From Bispira polyomma (taxonomy: Eukaryota): DNA of 64,000 nucleotides. The stretch lies in the NCBI GenBank assembly GCA_965649765.1, contig OZ287749.1:65844001-65908000 (forward strand), read 5' to 3'. How positions within the stretch are numbered: position 1 is the stretch's first letter; each line of letters opens with the position of its first letter. Positions 11,131 through 25,395 of this stretch are shown here, piece by piece. The position numbers and the translations under genes were made by a program. The notes under the pieces were generated by a model. That model saw only the letters and a program-made list of their open reading frames with translations. It did no database searches and was not told where the DNA came from.

Positions 11131-12243
11131 CTGAAGAGTAGAAGGGCCATCTAGAATTCTTTTTTTCTTTTAATTAGTTGAGTTAATGTCTTAATAACTT
11201 GACTTAGCTATCTTGATACCATGTGATATTGAGATTCTATCTTCATACATTGACTTAGCTATCTCGATTTATCGACTAACTACCTTGACAAATTGACTTA
11301 GCTATCTTGATTTATTGACTTAGCTATCTCAATTTATCGACTTACTATCCTAATAAATCGACTTAGTGTCTTGGTCTCAGTAATAAGGAAATACTACTAT
11401 GGTTATCTTTGTTTAATTGACATGGCTGTACTTTGTATGCATTTACTTGTGTGTATGTGTTATAAGTAAAAAATACTGTGTGTTCTTCTTACATTCACCA
11501 ACTTACAATGTGAATTATTAAAGCTATTGCAGTTAATTTATGGCTTAAAATTCCCAGGTAATGTTTCAAAAGCCTTTTAATTTTTCCTACATGTAAATTT
11601 GATGATGATAATATTATATTAAGTACATTAAACAGTTTTCTCCGACTGAAGTTTTTCAACATATATTGCAAGTTAAATATTTAAGTTGAAATATTTATTT
11701 TCAACCTATATAAATCACATGGTTTAAATGCCATTATTATGACTATATAAAAATCAAAATATATTTTGAGATAAATTATTAGTCAAATTTTATGTTTTAA
11801 ACTTTTTTTTGAAAAATTAGCAGGTAAGGTATAATTTGTCAGAAATGTTATCGATACAATTAAAGTTTAAAATCATCAAGCTCAACTGTAAATATCAGTC
11901 TCAGTTGTTAACACGTCACTTTTCAGACCCACCAAAATACACTCAGGAGAAACTTAATATTCTATCATACTCAAAAACTTCCTCTACTTCCTCAAAACAG
12001 AAGTTGGTGCCAAATGTAAATCATCTAGTTTTACTACATTCAAATTCCTAACCATTGTTATCATTAATATTTCCAAAGAGTTTATTTGTTAAACTCGAGA
12101 CTTTTGCCTCTTTTTTTACTTAATATCTCGAATTATTGACTTAGTAAGACAATAAATCCAGATAGCTAAGTCGGTTTAGTGAGATCTTGAAGTAGACATT
12201 TAAAGAACAGGTTATTTCTATAAGTGGCACTTCTACGCTTTTG
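11131..12243. mobile_element. Old non-autonomous DNA element with TA TSD and 22-bp subterminal tandem repeats
   Basis: Degenerate TIRs ctgaagagtagaagggccatcta / taagtggcacttctacgcttttg flanked by TA; ttgacttagctatctcga repeats at ~11200-11370 and inverted copies at ~12125-12185. Confidence 0.6.
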
Positions 12244-14028
12244 TACTACACATCTAAAGCATTGGCCATAATTTGATGTTTTGTGAACAACACAAAAAAA
12301 AAAAAAAAAACGTCAGGAAACACTGGTAGGACATATAGCCTATAAGTTTAAGTGTTCGCATCTGAAAAGTTTAACAGACGTACGCATGCGCAAGAGAATG
12401 TGCGCAAGTGAACTGTCACACATACCCTGATGCACACATACCAGTTTTAAGTGTACTATATTGTGTGCAATAAATACATATACTACTTGACATACAGCTA
12501 ATATCCTTGCGTGTAAAATTAGCAAATCTAGTAACTTATACATATGTACATACAATATTTTTATACCGTTAAAAGTATCCAAGAATTACACTTACTCCAA
12601 TTTCTGAATGAATGTACATTTGTTTACAAAAAGTTCACATTTCCTTAGATCGTAGACATCCACTCAATACATAGTAACATGTTTAGTTGTTGTTTGCTCC
12701 ACAGTTCCTACATACATGTATACTCGCTCACACACACAAGTGCTAGATACTTGAGTCTGCAATAACAAGAACATATATTGGCTGAAGTATACTCAAGTGT
12801 AGGAGGTACACATGGGACTATATAGCAGTGTTCAACCCATTACCTAATGTAAAGATACAGCCATAGAGACTTCCAGAAGGGTGTTAGAATGTGTTAGAAT
12901 GTATCAGGCTTTATACACAGTAGTGAGTTAAGCTGAAATGAACAGTAGGATAACATTTCATCTGTCCTACAGCCGTGGGTTCGAATCTCGACCCTGGGGT
13001 CTGTTATATGTGAGTAGGTTGAATAAGTGTTATAAATAGTGTCAAAAAATATGACAATTTTATCTAAATTATAATCAAACCAAAGATTCATGGTAATATT
13101 TTGACCACAACTTATGTAAAACAAAACAAAGCTTTTTACAGATTTTTTTTAGCTATTTTTAGCTTTTTAAAACAGGGGTGGTGCATGTGGTAAATTTTGC
13201 AAACTATCTTATGATAAAAAGCCTTTCCAAATGAAGTATTATAGTTAAAATTGCCCCCTACCACAATTTTTTGTATCTCCTGTATAGCTTTTGCATTTTT
13301 AAGAAATTAAAAATTGGTACTTGGTCTATTTAACTCGAAGCAACCAATCTATACTTCAACCATACTTGTAACAATAGGTCATTAAATTGTTGCAGTGATG
13401 TGAATTTATTAGTCAACTTATTGAGGCTTGTATTTGAAATTCCTAAGTGCACCTACTCATCATGGTAAACAAGGTAATATCATAAATAACTGTTCAAATT
13501 GATGACAACTTGGATGGCCTACTTTTGGTTTAAGTATTAAAGATTAACCTTTATAGGTGCCAAAAGGATTTGTCCCAGTTTGTTGTACTAATGACTTTGC
13601 ATATAATAACTCTGAATTAGTACCTCAAAGGAACCATAATCAACCCATGGTATTTGGGGGTTGACACTTAATGGGGTCCCTTTGCCATGGTCTAAGTAGA
13701 ATGTAGAACCTCTATTACCTGAACGATTACTTTGATTATCAGAATATTTGATTTCATTCACTCAGTTGCACTTTCCTTAATTTATATTTCTCTATTTTTT
13801 TTATAATAAAATGACTTTTTCTGGTTATTCAACCTTCTATATTCTAAATTGAGGTTACTCTACATTTATAAGTTGGTCGATAATTAGATGTTCTATATTT
13901 GGTGAAATAAGTCACATCATGTGAAAACCATAAGAGATTGAATAATTTGAAACTCATTTTTAAACCATTAGGATCTAACAACAGAAAATACCATGTAGGG
14001 ATGCCTCCTTGGTCGACCCCAAAAGGAT

Positions 14029-14170
14029 CAAGTTTTCGTATTTTTTGTATTGTCTCAAGTTTTCGTATTTTTTGTATTGTCTCAACAGTGTCGACCTTTA
14101 AAGATTTAACCTAACCATCTCAAAAATGCCAAACATAATAACCTAACCATCTCAAAAAATGCCAAACACA
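14029..14170. repeat. Two adjacent short tandem duplications (27 bp x2 and ~32 bp x2)
   Basis: caagttttcgtattttttgtattgtct twice; aacctaaccatctcaaaaatgccaaaca twice. Confidence 0.85.
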
Positions 14171-17100
14171 ATAGGAGCCTGTAAACCCCAAAGAATCAAT
14201 ATATATGAAAACAACTTTCACCTGTCACCATCCGTTTTTAAAGTGCTTTTAATGCCAGATTTAATTACGCAGTCTGATTTTACCTAACTTCAATTCTAGG
14301 CATAAAGATATAAAACCATTAGAATTGAGATTGAGTCTGAGTTTACCTGATATATTTTGGAAAATAATAAAGCCAGACCTGCAACATCAATGTGTGACGT
14401 CACTTTGAGACCAGCTGTGCGCTAGGCTTCTGTGTTGGATCTTGCGGTCTGTACCGGACAGCGAGAATCATGTGTGCACTCATCAAAGGACCCTCATTGC
14501 AAGAGGTGTCTTTGAAAAAATAGACACAGTCACACAGTGTGACCAGCACATACAGTCCTTTGGCAGAAGGTCTTATATCTGGGTCTCAATTGCACACATA
14601 CCCGTCACGAGCGCACAACGGACATCTTTGTGGCGATCAATGACAGTAGGTTTTAACTTTGTTCAAGTTTGTCTACAGTAGGAGTATTTCGGAAGTCTTT
14701 GTTGATATCTGTGAGCATTAGTAGCGGCGCAAGAAAGTTTTGAAATGTTAAAAAAATGTCAAGGACAAATGGGGTTTTGTTTTGGGGGAAGAGGGGCGGA
14801 GAGGTATATGTCTTAGTTAGTTTGGGAATGTTTCTCGTCAGTGCGCAGGTTGTGTTGTAGCTCGTTTCCCATTAGTTGCAATTAGTAGCAGTTAGTGAAC
14901 TTTTGTTGTGCTTAGCGATGTATTAGTGGGTGTTCGGTATTGTCTGTTATGTCTTTGTTTCTCATTAGTGGGTGTTAGGTCAGCTGTAACTGGGATGTTT
15001 TTTTTTTTCCATTTTCATATTAATGATTTTCAACAGAACACAATGACGCAAGTAAATTTCATATTTTTATCATAACATTTAAGTTGTCAGCCCTCTAATA
15101 ATTGAATTTAAAGAGAAAATTGGTTTAGATTTACTCCAAATGTACATGTAATATAGCGGGGTTAAATAATAAGCTGTCTGCTTTCTTTGCTAGTTAAGTA
15201 AATGTTTAGCAGTTCTGTATATTCAGTATAGTTAGAAATGCAGGACTCAATGGGGGGTGGTCCTACAAATTACTCTCGGTTTTGTTTACTACACAACAGT
15301 TTTAGATTCTCACAAGCTATCGTTTCTGCTCTGGAGTTTTACTAGTCTTGCTTCAGGCTCCAGATTCATCTAGGATAATTTATAATAAGTCTAAGATTTT
15401 ATAATTATCTAAATGTATGATCCAATAATTCTAATATTTTCACACAGAGATCAAAAGAACGATGTTGTTAACTATAACATTACCTAATGCTAAAGGAAAT
15501 CTGTACAGATCAACAGTGTGTACAGATTTGCTATTCTAAATTAAACAATTTGTTTCACAGATGTAAACTACAAAGGCATTTAATAGCCCTGTACTACGTC
15601 CACTCGGACAGATATGTTATGGTATTAAACTGAAGCAAGTAATTGATTTATTATTTCCGTACACATGGAATAATAGATTAAATAATTAACTAGAAGGGCA
15701 TTAAATAGAACATAAAGCAGTATTTAACCTTCAAAAGGCAAGTGGAGGGTCAAGATATCAGGCTACTTTCTTAGCTATGTACTCCATGCCATGATTCCCA
15801 TTCAGAAAATAACATTATTATAAAGTATAGGATTTTCACTGATTGGATTCAAGGTAAAACTTAAGTGAGTGGATTTTCGAGAACATGTTCCAAATCTAAG
15901 TAAACTTTGGCAAGTGAAGAATCACATTTATTTGAGTATGTAATTAAATAATCACGTAACTTTGACGTAAATGGAATTCATAATGTGGCGTCATAAACAA
16001 CACATGACGTCACTGAAAGGTATGACGCATCTGCCGCTGTTCCACTAGTTTAGGTTGGTACACAAGTTTTTGTAATTTTAAAGTTTCGTCGATTTTCAAT
16101 GTATCCCAGTTCAACAAAGGCTTATTTCGACTGTTCGAGCCTGTAATGTAACATAGTAGTGTCGCATACATCATATGGATTACTTTTTGACTGGTTTTAC
16201 ACTAAGCTTTGTAACGAATTAGACGCCTTGAAAAATCAGTATTTTTGTGACCATTTCCCTGCAAATAAGGCTTTAAATAAATCTAAAGTTTTGGTTATTT
16301 TAGCTATTTTAATGCAGCAGATATCCTAAAACAGTTATTTTAATAAATTTACGTTAGTACAAGTATTATGCACTGGGGATATGTAAAATATATGCGCACA
16401 TTATAAATAAAGCATTTCTATTCTTTTTGGTCGAATTTTTTGATAAGTTGTGGATACATATTGTCACTGATACTGTATGCACTGTTGTGTTGTTGTTATT
16501 TCATTCCAGTTCTTGTCATATATTGGCTGTTGTTGTCAAAGTTGACTATACTGTTCGTTTGTAGTCACTATACAATCAGTAAAATAGAAAGGACTTTGGG
16601 AAAGTTACACGATGACCACTTTCAAGTGGACGTAAGACATCAGTCTGAGTATACATGCACCCTTGATGACAGGAGTACTGGGCCTGTATTTACAAAAGGG
16701 CTTAGACTTAGACAAAACCTAGGCCAAGTAAAGTCTGAAATGTAAGACTTTTGTCTCAGCTAAGTTTTGTCTTAAAATTGTAGTATTCACGAAAGGTGAC
16801 TTGGCAAAGACTTTTGTCTTAAATGGTGGTTCCACATTGCTGATTTGGTCCTCAACCTTCCCGACTTTGAGGTTGTATAGGTCGGGGAATGATAACGGGG
16901 CGGTCGGAATGTTGGCAAGTATATTCAACATGTTGAATATTGGCAAAAAGTGTCCCGACTTACCTCCCCGGAACTCTAAATCGTATTCATGGATAAGTTT
17001 GATCTTATTGTCAATATGTTCTGTCGGATAGGTCTTATCGCACTTGAGGCCTGTCCTAACACTGGCCAGGTCTTTCCGACTCTGATCTGCCCCTTTTTAC

Positions 17101-17837
17101 ATCAGACAGAATGGGCCAGTAGTAAGATCAAACTTACTCATGTCCCGATCTGACGTATTGCACCCCGACTGAACTTATTCGCACCCCGGACAAACCTAGA
17201 GTTGATACGTGTTTTATCCTCGATCGAACTTAACAGAGTAGGACAGAATGTAGTGGCTATCAGATCTGCCGGGGAAGGAAAAAGATCGAACGGGGTGAAG
17301 ATATGATCGAACTTACACCCAATATGATCTGACGTATTCACTCCTGACCAATAGGATTGAACTTTTGCAAACCGGGGCGTTTGGGTATAAAAACATCCCG
17401 GCAATACTGGACTCATTGTATTAGGAGATTGCTGGCTGGTATACGATTTGTTTTTGTAGAGAGGGGTTTTTATTGTTTGTAATTGTTATATGTATTAAGT
17501 TTAGGGAAAGTTTCACATTTAGGTTTTTGTCACACAACATTTATATATATCAGCAAGATGCCTAGAGGGAGAAAGGTCAAGAGGAAGATGGATATGGAGA
17601 ATGTTAAGGAGAAAGAGACAGAGAGAGTTTGAAGTAGGGATTTCTTTAGATGAGTTGGAAGCACAGAGAAAGAGGAGAGACCAGAGGGAGAGCCCCACCC
17701 CTAGTGAGAGGAGTGAAAGAGAGGGATTGTGTAAGTCGTCCAAGGTATTGTGTGAGTCGTCCCAGGGATTGAAGTAGTCGTACTAGGGATTGAAGGAATC
17801 ATCCCAGTACAGAGGTAGAGTAAAAAAGGCTGGCCAG

Positions 17838-18386
17838 ATGGTGCATGTCATACTGACAGAGGAGAATGATGAGGCCGTTGTTGAGTTTGTAAGAGACAAC
17901 AAACTCCTCTACCACAAGAGGCTTGAAAAGTTCTAGGACAGAAGTCTTAAGTAGAGACTGTGGGAGGAGTTTGCCACCAGTAGAGGCATCAAGATGACAG
18001 AAGTCAAGACTTGGTTTGAGTCACAGAGGACCAATTTTGGCAAGTTGATTGTGAAAAAATCAGGGCAAGGAGCCCCAGACTTCACTGACAGGGAGAACTG
18101 GCTCATGAGTAGGTTTTCTTTCCTAGGATCCCACATAGTGCGCTACGTGAAGTCGTCTGTCTTCAAGCCGTCTACATTGTCAACTCAGGGAGCTTCCCCA
18201 CCACACCCGGAAAAGGTTGTGCATGACCTGTCAAGGTGCTCGAGTATGGGCGTGGACAGTGCAACAGAGACCAGCATTAGGAGTACCCAGAGAAGCTCTC
18301 TAGCCCGTCAGGTAATCAATATCAACACTCAGCTGGTCGAGCATCTAGGACACGAGGACTATGTTTTCTACCTTTGTCAGGGATAG
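17838..18386 (+). pseudogene. Harbinger MADF/Myb-like DNA-binding protein remnant
   Basis: EAVVEFVRDNKLLYHKR...LWEEFA...VKTWFESQRTNFGKL..KKSGQG...ENWLM..FSFL; in-frame TAG stops near 17933 and 17952. Confidence 0.8.
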
Positions 18387-19164
18387 CCAGAAGCCAGAGA
18401 GGCCCCAGTCGAACCGCGCCGCTTTCTGGCAACAAAAGCTGAGAAGCTGGACAAGGGGGACTTCCAGACTTTTAGGAACAAAACTTTTACCACCCTGAGT
18501 AGGATTCAACGTGAGAGAAGCCAGGTCTGCAGCAGTGCCTTTGTGAGGACAGCCCCAGCTTCACACATTCGCAAGCACCAGGTTCTACCTACGTTTCCCA
18601 GCAGATACCTCAGTATTAACCGCAGCAGCCTCAGCATCCAGCATAGCATTCTCAAGTTCTCGTGCTGGATATATCCACCTCGTCCCAGACTGCTCCGCAA
18701 CAGTTACTTTAGAGTCAGAAGCCGCTTTCTTATATTGTTATAGACGACAGTTTGGGGGTTACTATGAAGGTGAAGATAGCTAGCCCTTCACCCAGTAAAC
18801 AGTTTTCTAACCCACCGTCCAACGCATTAGTAATGCTTGAGGATTCGGTTTACAACACTTTTTCTTCATTCATGAGGAAGTACAACCCAGAGATACCATG
18901 GATATGAACAGATCAGTTCCCCCACCCCAGGACTTCTTTCACCACAACCATCAGATGTGCAGCTAGAACCATCTTCAATGTTTACAGTGAATGTCCAGCA
19001 ACTGACAGATCAACAGCAACTTGGATCTATCACACAACAACAGAAACAGCCCCATCTCCAGCCCGCTTCACCTCGACAGCCAACACCCACTCCACAGCCA
19101 ACACCACCTCCGCAGTGGCCAGTAATCTTCTAAGAACAATATCTAAAGGTTTTTGTTGAAAATC

Positions 19165-20995
19165 ACAAACAAGCAGATTACACCGTCTCTTCAAAAACAA
19201 TTCACACATACACACAGAAATAAAAATATCATTGGCCCAAATCTTAAACCCCAATTATTAGTCCAAAAAATAATCCCAAACAAACAGATTACACTGTCCT
19301 CTCAAAAACAATTCACACATACAGACAGAAATACTAATATCATTGGCAAATCCCATACCAACTCTGAAGGGTAAAAACACCTTGTTGAGATGTATGGAAT
19401 ATCAGTCGTGCAGTAAGATTTGGTGGTGGGTGGAGCTTTAAAATTGTAGACAATATTCAGAATTAATTTTGGAAAAATGTCTCCGAAGACTGGATGATAA
19501 ACAAAGAGTTAATACAACTTGCGAGATTCTTCGTTTATTTATTTGGTGTAATACACAGATATTCAAAACCCCGACCTTTTTTCCAGTTTGGTTTAAAAGA
19601 GAAGTCTGGAGATATATTTGAAACAAATGGGTGAATATTGAGTCTGAACGAAATTAATAGTAAATTCAAAATGAAGGTAACTATTTTGAACTATTATACA
19701 GTTAGCATGAACATCTAAACGTTTCTTACAAAGTATAAATGTTAAGGTCTTTGGCTGTATGAAACACCAACACACCCATTTCATTTAAGCAAGATTTTAC
19801 CATCCCAAAAAGGTTGTAGAGAATTCTATAATTTATTTAATGAAATTAAGTTGAATGAGAAACCCTTATGTGAATTGCTATGGGAAAACATGTTAAATAT
19901 GGAAAACTTTCAAACAAATTGGAAAGAGGTTGGGAGCAATATATACAAAAGCGGCTTCAAAAGCATTAAGTACAATTGTCTTATATGTTTTCAATATCGA
20001 ATACTTTTCAAAATTTTAGGCACCAAAGAACACCTGAGCAAATAAAGCTTTCTGATGACAGTAAATGCAGATTGTGTAATCAATTCTCTGAAACGATTAA
20101 GCATCTCTTTTGTGACTGTTTGAAAGTAAATGAGCTTTGGCAAAATATTAAACAATGGATTTTAATTAAACTTGGCATTGATTTTACAATAACTAACACT
20201 ATGAAAATTCTAGGATATTTACAAATGGACCAGCATTTTTGGCCAATGAATCTAATATTATTAGTGACAAGAAGACATATAATTTGGTGTCTAAAGAAAA
20301 ATTATGCATTAAACATTTACTACCTGCAGAAAGAAATAAAACGAAAATATCTAGAACAAAAATCTTTGTACAGCATACAAATGCAACACGTTAAATTTAA
20401 CAATAGGTGAATTCTTTGGTAAAACATTTTTATAGAGATATGAACAGGAAATGGTCTACCCAATGTTTACTTTTAATTTTTAATATTGCTGTAGTTTTTT
20501 CTTTATTCTTTGTCAAGCAAATTTTAATGGTAATACGTTTTGGGAATTTAAAACTTGTTTATTTGTTGAGGCATTGAATGTACTAAAGCAATGTAAAAAA
20601 TGTATTGTTGTTTACTTAATGTTTTTAATATTATAGAAGAAGAGAGCTTGTAAATATTCTAACATGTGAACTACTTTGTATTTTTTTCCTTTAATCTTTG
20701 TCTGTTAAAACCTTTTGATATCTTGTTTTTGTTTGTAACATGTTCAAAAAATAAATAAAAATTAAAAAAAAAAATATCATTGGCCCAGAGTTCAAATCCC
20801 AAAATATTAGCGCAAACAGATTACTTTGGCCCTCAAAATAATTGACACACATACAGACATAACTTATAAGTCACTGGCCCAATTTTAAACCTCTAGATAT
20901 ACCCCCTGACCAGACATTACACCGTCCCCACTTAAATAATTGTCAAACATACAAAAATCATAAGTCACTGGCCGAGAGTTCAAAACCAAAAGTAA
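19165..20995. repeat. ~100-bp tandem repeat inside the Harbinger, split by the LINE
   Basis: acagattacac.gtc..ctcaaaaacaattcacacatac..acagaaa...tcattggccc units at 19171, 19272, ~20810, ~20910. Confidence 0.75.
19348..20772 (+). mobile_element. 5'-truncated L1/Tx1-clade LINE (ORF2 C-terminus, 3'UTR, poly-A)
   Basis: FWK.V..W, IW.N, FQYRILFKILGT, CRLC....ETIKHLFCDC (zf-RVT) motifs; A-rich tail 20745-20772; 12-bp TSD aatatcattggc at 19336-19347 and 20773-20784. Confidence 0.85.
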
Positions 20996-21579
20996 AAATC
21001 ATATGACAGTAAAAGAAACAAAGAAAGCCCACATAATTACCAAATTAAAAGAAGAAGTTTCTCTTTCCATAGCAAATTTTATGTTCAAATAATAAAAGAA
21101 AAGAAATGATTTAGAAACAATTTAGAAATAAACAACTCTTTGTAACCCCTTATTTTGACAATTGTGCAATAAAAAAGTTTATAATGTCTGTGTAAGGCCT
21201 TGAGATCAAATCTGTTACAATAAGGGGTTTTTATAAATGCCTTTTATCATTGTGAGTGTTTCGGTAAAAAAAATATTCAAGTTTGTTAAGGATATGCTAT
21301 GTTTCTATGGTGGGGCCAAAAATATTACATGTATGGGTGGTGGGTTTGAAACCTAACAAGTGTCTTGTGTGAATTTGTGACTGGGCAAGGGGGTGAGGGG
21401 TGTAACAAATAGCTTTGACATTGTTCTTGAAATATTTGGGTGGTCCTAAAAAGGACCTTTTTTGGTTACAGCACAGCTCGGGGGAGGAGGGGGGGGGGGG
21501 GGGGGGGCTTCTCATCAGATTCAAGTGGCTAGACTCAGGTTAATGTGGCTTCTCATCAGGCTTAGGCTCAGGTAAAAGT

Positions 21580-22930
21580 TCATATTCGCTCATTTTGCCA
21601 AGGTACTGCCCTCTCATTCATGAAGTAATCCCTCAATGTGCCCCTTTGATGTTTTGCCCCTGTAGTTGCATTCCTGTTTTCTCCGCCCAGTTGATTCCCT
21701 ACCAGGTTCTCCTTGGGCTCAGGTGGATCATCTTGAGGGTTGGAGTTTTCGAGGGCTGGGTTGCGGCACCGGCTTCTCAAAATGTTACGCAGTATCACAC
21801 AGGTTAAAGTCAGGTTTGAGGCCACCAGAGGATACTGTTTCATGGTGGTCAGTAGAAGCCGGAACATGCTGACCAATATGCCGAAGGCATTCTCGACCAC
21901 CCTCCTTCCGCTTGATATCCTGTATTTACATATCCGTTGCTAGTTGGTCAGGGCTCTCCTTGAATATGGTTTCATTAACCAGGACTTCAGGGCGAAGGCG
22001 CCGTCCTCCGGCAGAAAGTAGTTAACATCACGTTGAGATCCCTCAAACAGTGATGCTGGTCTGGGCAGCCCGATGGATCTATCTTCTAATTTTTCCTTCA
22101 GCTCTGAGTTGTTGAAAATTTAAACGTCTAAACAGGAACTATTGCAGCTAATGTCCACCCAAATGAACCTGTAAGCAGCATCAACCAGGGCTAAGAGGAC
22201 TATTGAGTGGAAGCCCTTATAGTTTAAAAATTTGCTCCAATCCTTGGGTGGTTTCTTTATGGCTACATACTTTCCGTCAATAGAACCCACAGCATGAGGG
22301 ATATTCCATCGGGTTCTATAGACTTCCTCCAGTTTCATCCAGTCAGCGTGTGTGGTTGGGCAGGCTAGATTTTCAGTCTCGTATTCCTTGATAATGGCCT
22401 TACAGACCTCTGGGATGAACTTTGTGATGGTTGATTTTCTCACCCTGAACTGATATGACAGGGAATTGGACCTCTCTCCGGTGGCCAGGTGCCTCAAGGT
22501 GATTGCAAAGTTTTAGTTCAATATCCAAGGGCCTTCTGTACCAGGTTGTGCTTCTTTTCACATGGGGTGTTATCCTGTCCATTATTTCTTGGAATAGGTC
22601 TGGAGGCAACCTAAAGAAATTCCGGTATGCAGGTCCATCCCCTTGCTCTAACTCTGGCATTAAGTTGGTGTAGTATCCAAGAGCCTCTCTTCGCCCGATC
22701 CAGGGCTTGATCCAGTGTATAGGTGACTTTCTTGGCAGCCTGACTTTCTCTGGGAAAGCCCAAGAGGCCGGTGAAGGTCTTGTGTTCAATTCCTGTTGAG
22801 CCTGAGCCTGTTCTCTTTGCTGTTGTAGTATGAACATGAGATAATATATTTCTAAGTAAAAAAAAAAAACTAAAAAATTCCCTACTCTCTTAAAAGCTTC
22901 TCTTTTCTCCATTGGTGGCATTATACTCAA
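21580..22930 (-). pseudogene. Harbinger (HARBI1/DDE_Tnp_4-type) transposase, frameshifted
   Basis: W.KPWI, YRNFFRL, LRHLATG, GSIDGKYVAIKKP, NYKGFHSIVLLALVDA, WLMKPYS, RRVVENAFGIL motifs across ORFs 22400..22930, 22120..22497, 21580..21900. Confidence 0.92.
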
Positions 22931-23490
22931 TTATTTACTCAATAATACACAACTTTTAGGGCTCAAAAGGGGTATATATAGGGTCAGACAGCGTTCCTAT
23001 AGCAGTCCCGACTTCATTTTTGAAAAGTTCAATCCTATAGGTCTGGATCACCAATCCGTCAGATCCTATTGGTGATACATTCGATCCTGGGGTGATACCT
23101 CAGAACTTATCGCCAATAAGTTCGATCATACCAGGATTGGGAAGGTTGGGCAATCTTAGTGTTCAAAGTTGTACGACCATTAAGTTAGATCTGCATTGAT
23201 GTCCCATCAAAACGGGGCGCAATCAGTTCTATCTGGAAGGTTGGGCCACATTTTCATTAACCCTCCCAAAAAACGGATTTCTTCAATTTCTTGCCCCTGA
23301 CCGTCCTGATCTCTAAGTCGGGCCAATTTGGCCGATCGAACTTGAATGTGGAACCACCACTTTAGCAAGGCTAAGTCTTTTTGTGTGAAAATCTCGCAAG
23401 ATGTTATACAACCACTGAGAACATACGAGAATATCTTGCGAGATGTAAACAAACGATCATCTGCACTCGTAAAGAAAATATGGTATAGAT

Positions 23491-23760
23491 ATGGATCTTT
23501 CTCAAGGAAAAGCTTTTAGAGAGAGAACAGTGAAGGTTCTGAAAGAACAGTATCCTGTCAATTCCAAAACATGGTGCCAGAAATTCATGTCTAACTGTAA
23601 AAAAAAAAAACTTTGGCGAGATATAATCGACAAAGTAAATGCAGTGACAGGCGGCAAAAGTACAGCGGAGCAAAATAACAAAAAAAAATGGAAAAATTCA
23701 AAAGCCAAGACTGTGTCCACTGTGAGAAAGTTTGCCTCCTATAGTAAAGGGACAGGAAAT
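23491..23760 (+). pseudogene. Myb/SANT-like (Harbinger ORF1-type) protein remnant of the outer element
   Basis: KKKLWRDIIDKVNAV...KKKWKN.K.K.......SKGTG resembles the Myb_DNA-bind_5-type domain ending in TGGG. Confidence 0.65.
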
Positions 23761-24479
23761 TATATTTCTCTGTATTTTATGTTCGATAATATCAAGGTGA
23801 GTTTTTATTGTATTCATTGTACTAAGTGAGAACATTATGCTCATATTATGCAAATCTGCATAATTAATTGTGTCTTCTTGTTTTCAAAGCTTTTCTAAGT
23901 TTTTAGGTAGGGTAAGTAAATGTTTGTATTTATGTTTTAAACTAACAACAATGAAATTATTGATTTAATGTCAAATTAACTTTTTAAGAGGAAACATTTT
24001 TTGTTCTAATTAGTATAAATAATTCGCCGCAATGGTATAATTTAGTTAGAAGCCAGCTGACGATTTCAATCCTTGCCAGCTGATTGGCCACTCTAAGTCA
24101 GCTGTGCCCCACTCTCTTTTCCCACCTTTTCTACACAGCTATTCTTTAAGTTGGCAGCCATAATCCATTATTCACCCTGTGCCTCCCTTTAGTAGTAAAT
24201 AGGGGTGCATATTACCTACAGTTACCATGTAATGTATATTAGAAAAAGTGTCTATATATGTGTCTTAGAATATATGTGATTCTATACATGTGACTTTGAA
24301 TAAAATATTAGGACTTTATGAAGTTGTGTGACATTGCTGTGGTGTTCTCTATATTAATATAGCTGACGCACAAAGAAAAATGGACAGATTTATGACCCAG
24401 ACAAAATTGTAACCCCCATGTAATGTATTATGTCTTCACAAATTATTATAGAATTGACTTCCCTCCGTCCCCCCTAATT

Positions 24480-25395
24480 GCAGATTATTTCGAAGCCTAA
24501 AAGGTATAGGAGACAATTGTGTATTCTGCAGCCTAGAAGACCAGAGTTCCTGTTTCGACTTTGAGACACCAAACTTTGGGTTACATTTTTGAATCTGTGC
24601 CATATTGTATCCTAGGAAAACTAAAAGAAATAAATTTAGCAAAGCATGTGAATCAGATGTCAAAATTTGCATATTGTTACTCAAAGGCTGATCTTTGCAT
24701 CTTAGGAACAGATTTGTTTGTTTATTTCGGCCTGAGAAATAAAGATGACTTGGTCAAAGATGGGTATATGGTTTCCTTAAAAGAAAACCAATATTAATGG
24801 CTCTTTAACTTATAAGAGAAAAAGCATGTTCAGTAGAATTCCTGATCAATTAGTACCATGAATTGAAAGTAACATTAGACAAGTATAAATTGAAAAAGAC
24901 TCTCCTCGTATGATATTTAATGTTAATGAAACAGGAATAAATACAGAACACTCTCCACTTTCTGCATATTCTTAAGCTGGATTTACTCCACAGGCTATCA
25001 CTTTTCCCAGATCTTCGACCAGCACTATTATAACGTGTGCCAGTGCTACAGGGTAAATTCTGCCTTCTTTCTTTGTTGTCAATAGAAAAAGGTTCACCAC
25101 TGATTTCAAGTGATTTGTTAGCAGGAACTTTACAAGGAACTAAGTGTGAAATGTCCCACATTGGATGGCCAAACAGCCACTTTCTGACATTCATATCAAA
25201 CTGGCCAAATGGAGAACATATTCTGTTGGTTTACGATGGCCATAAGTCCTACCATTCCAGTTGTCAAAAGTTTTTAAAAGAAAATCTTTGAAGATTAGTA
25301 AATAACTAGATATGATGTAATAGCCTTCACATCATTTGTAAAGGCCATAAATTTAAGTAATGTCATATCTGCTTTCAAGAAAACAGGCATTTAAA
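24480..25395 (+). pseudogene. Degraded pogo/Tigger-like (DDE_1) transposase relic
   Basis: Fragments FNVNETGINTEHSP, GTKCEMSHIGWPNS, HILLVYDGHKSY, NVISAFKKTGI in shifting frames. Confidence 0.7.

Larger units (their letters stand above)
16822..23361. mobile_element. PIF/Harbinger transposon, 6.5 kb, decayed two-gene element
   Basis: TIRs aatggtggttccacatt / aatgtggaaccaccact; TTA TSD at 16819-16821 and 23362-23364; gatcgaactta and cccgac subterminal repeats; convergent MADF and transposase genes. Confidence 0.92.
16681..23830 (+). mobile_element. Outer PIF/Harbinger element (CWG-TSD family, same TIR as MITEs at 8429 and 9174), interrupted by the inner Harbinger; right end not found
   Basis: ctg|ggcctgtatttacaaaagggcttag terminus at 16678-16706; subterminal ctaagtc/cttttgtc repeats resume after 23364; Myb/SANT-like ORF follows. 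Confidence 0.6.

Noticed and set aside
14380-15000. GC-richer patch with ORF 14442..14681
   Set aside because: No recognisable protein motif, TIR pair or splice structure; may be an old repeat or enhancer but cannot be supported
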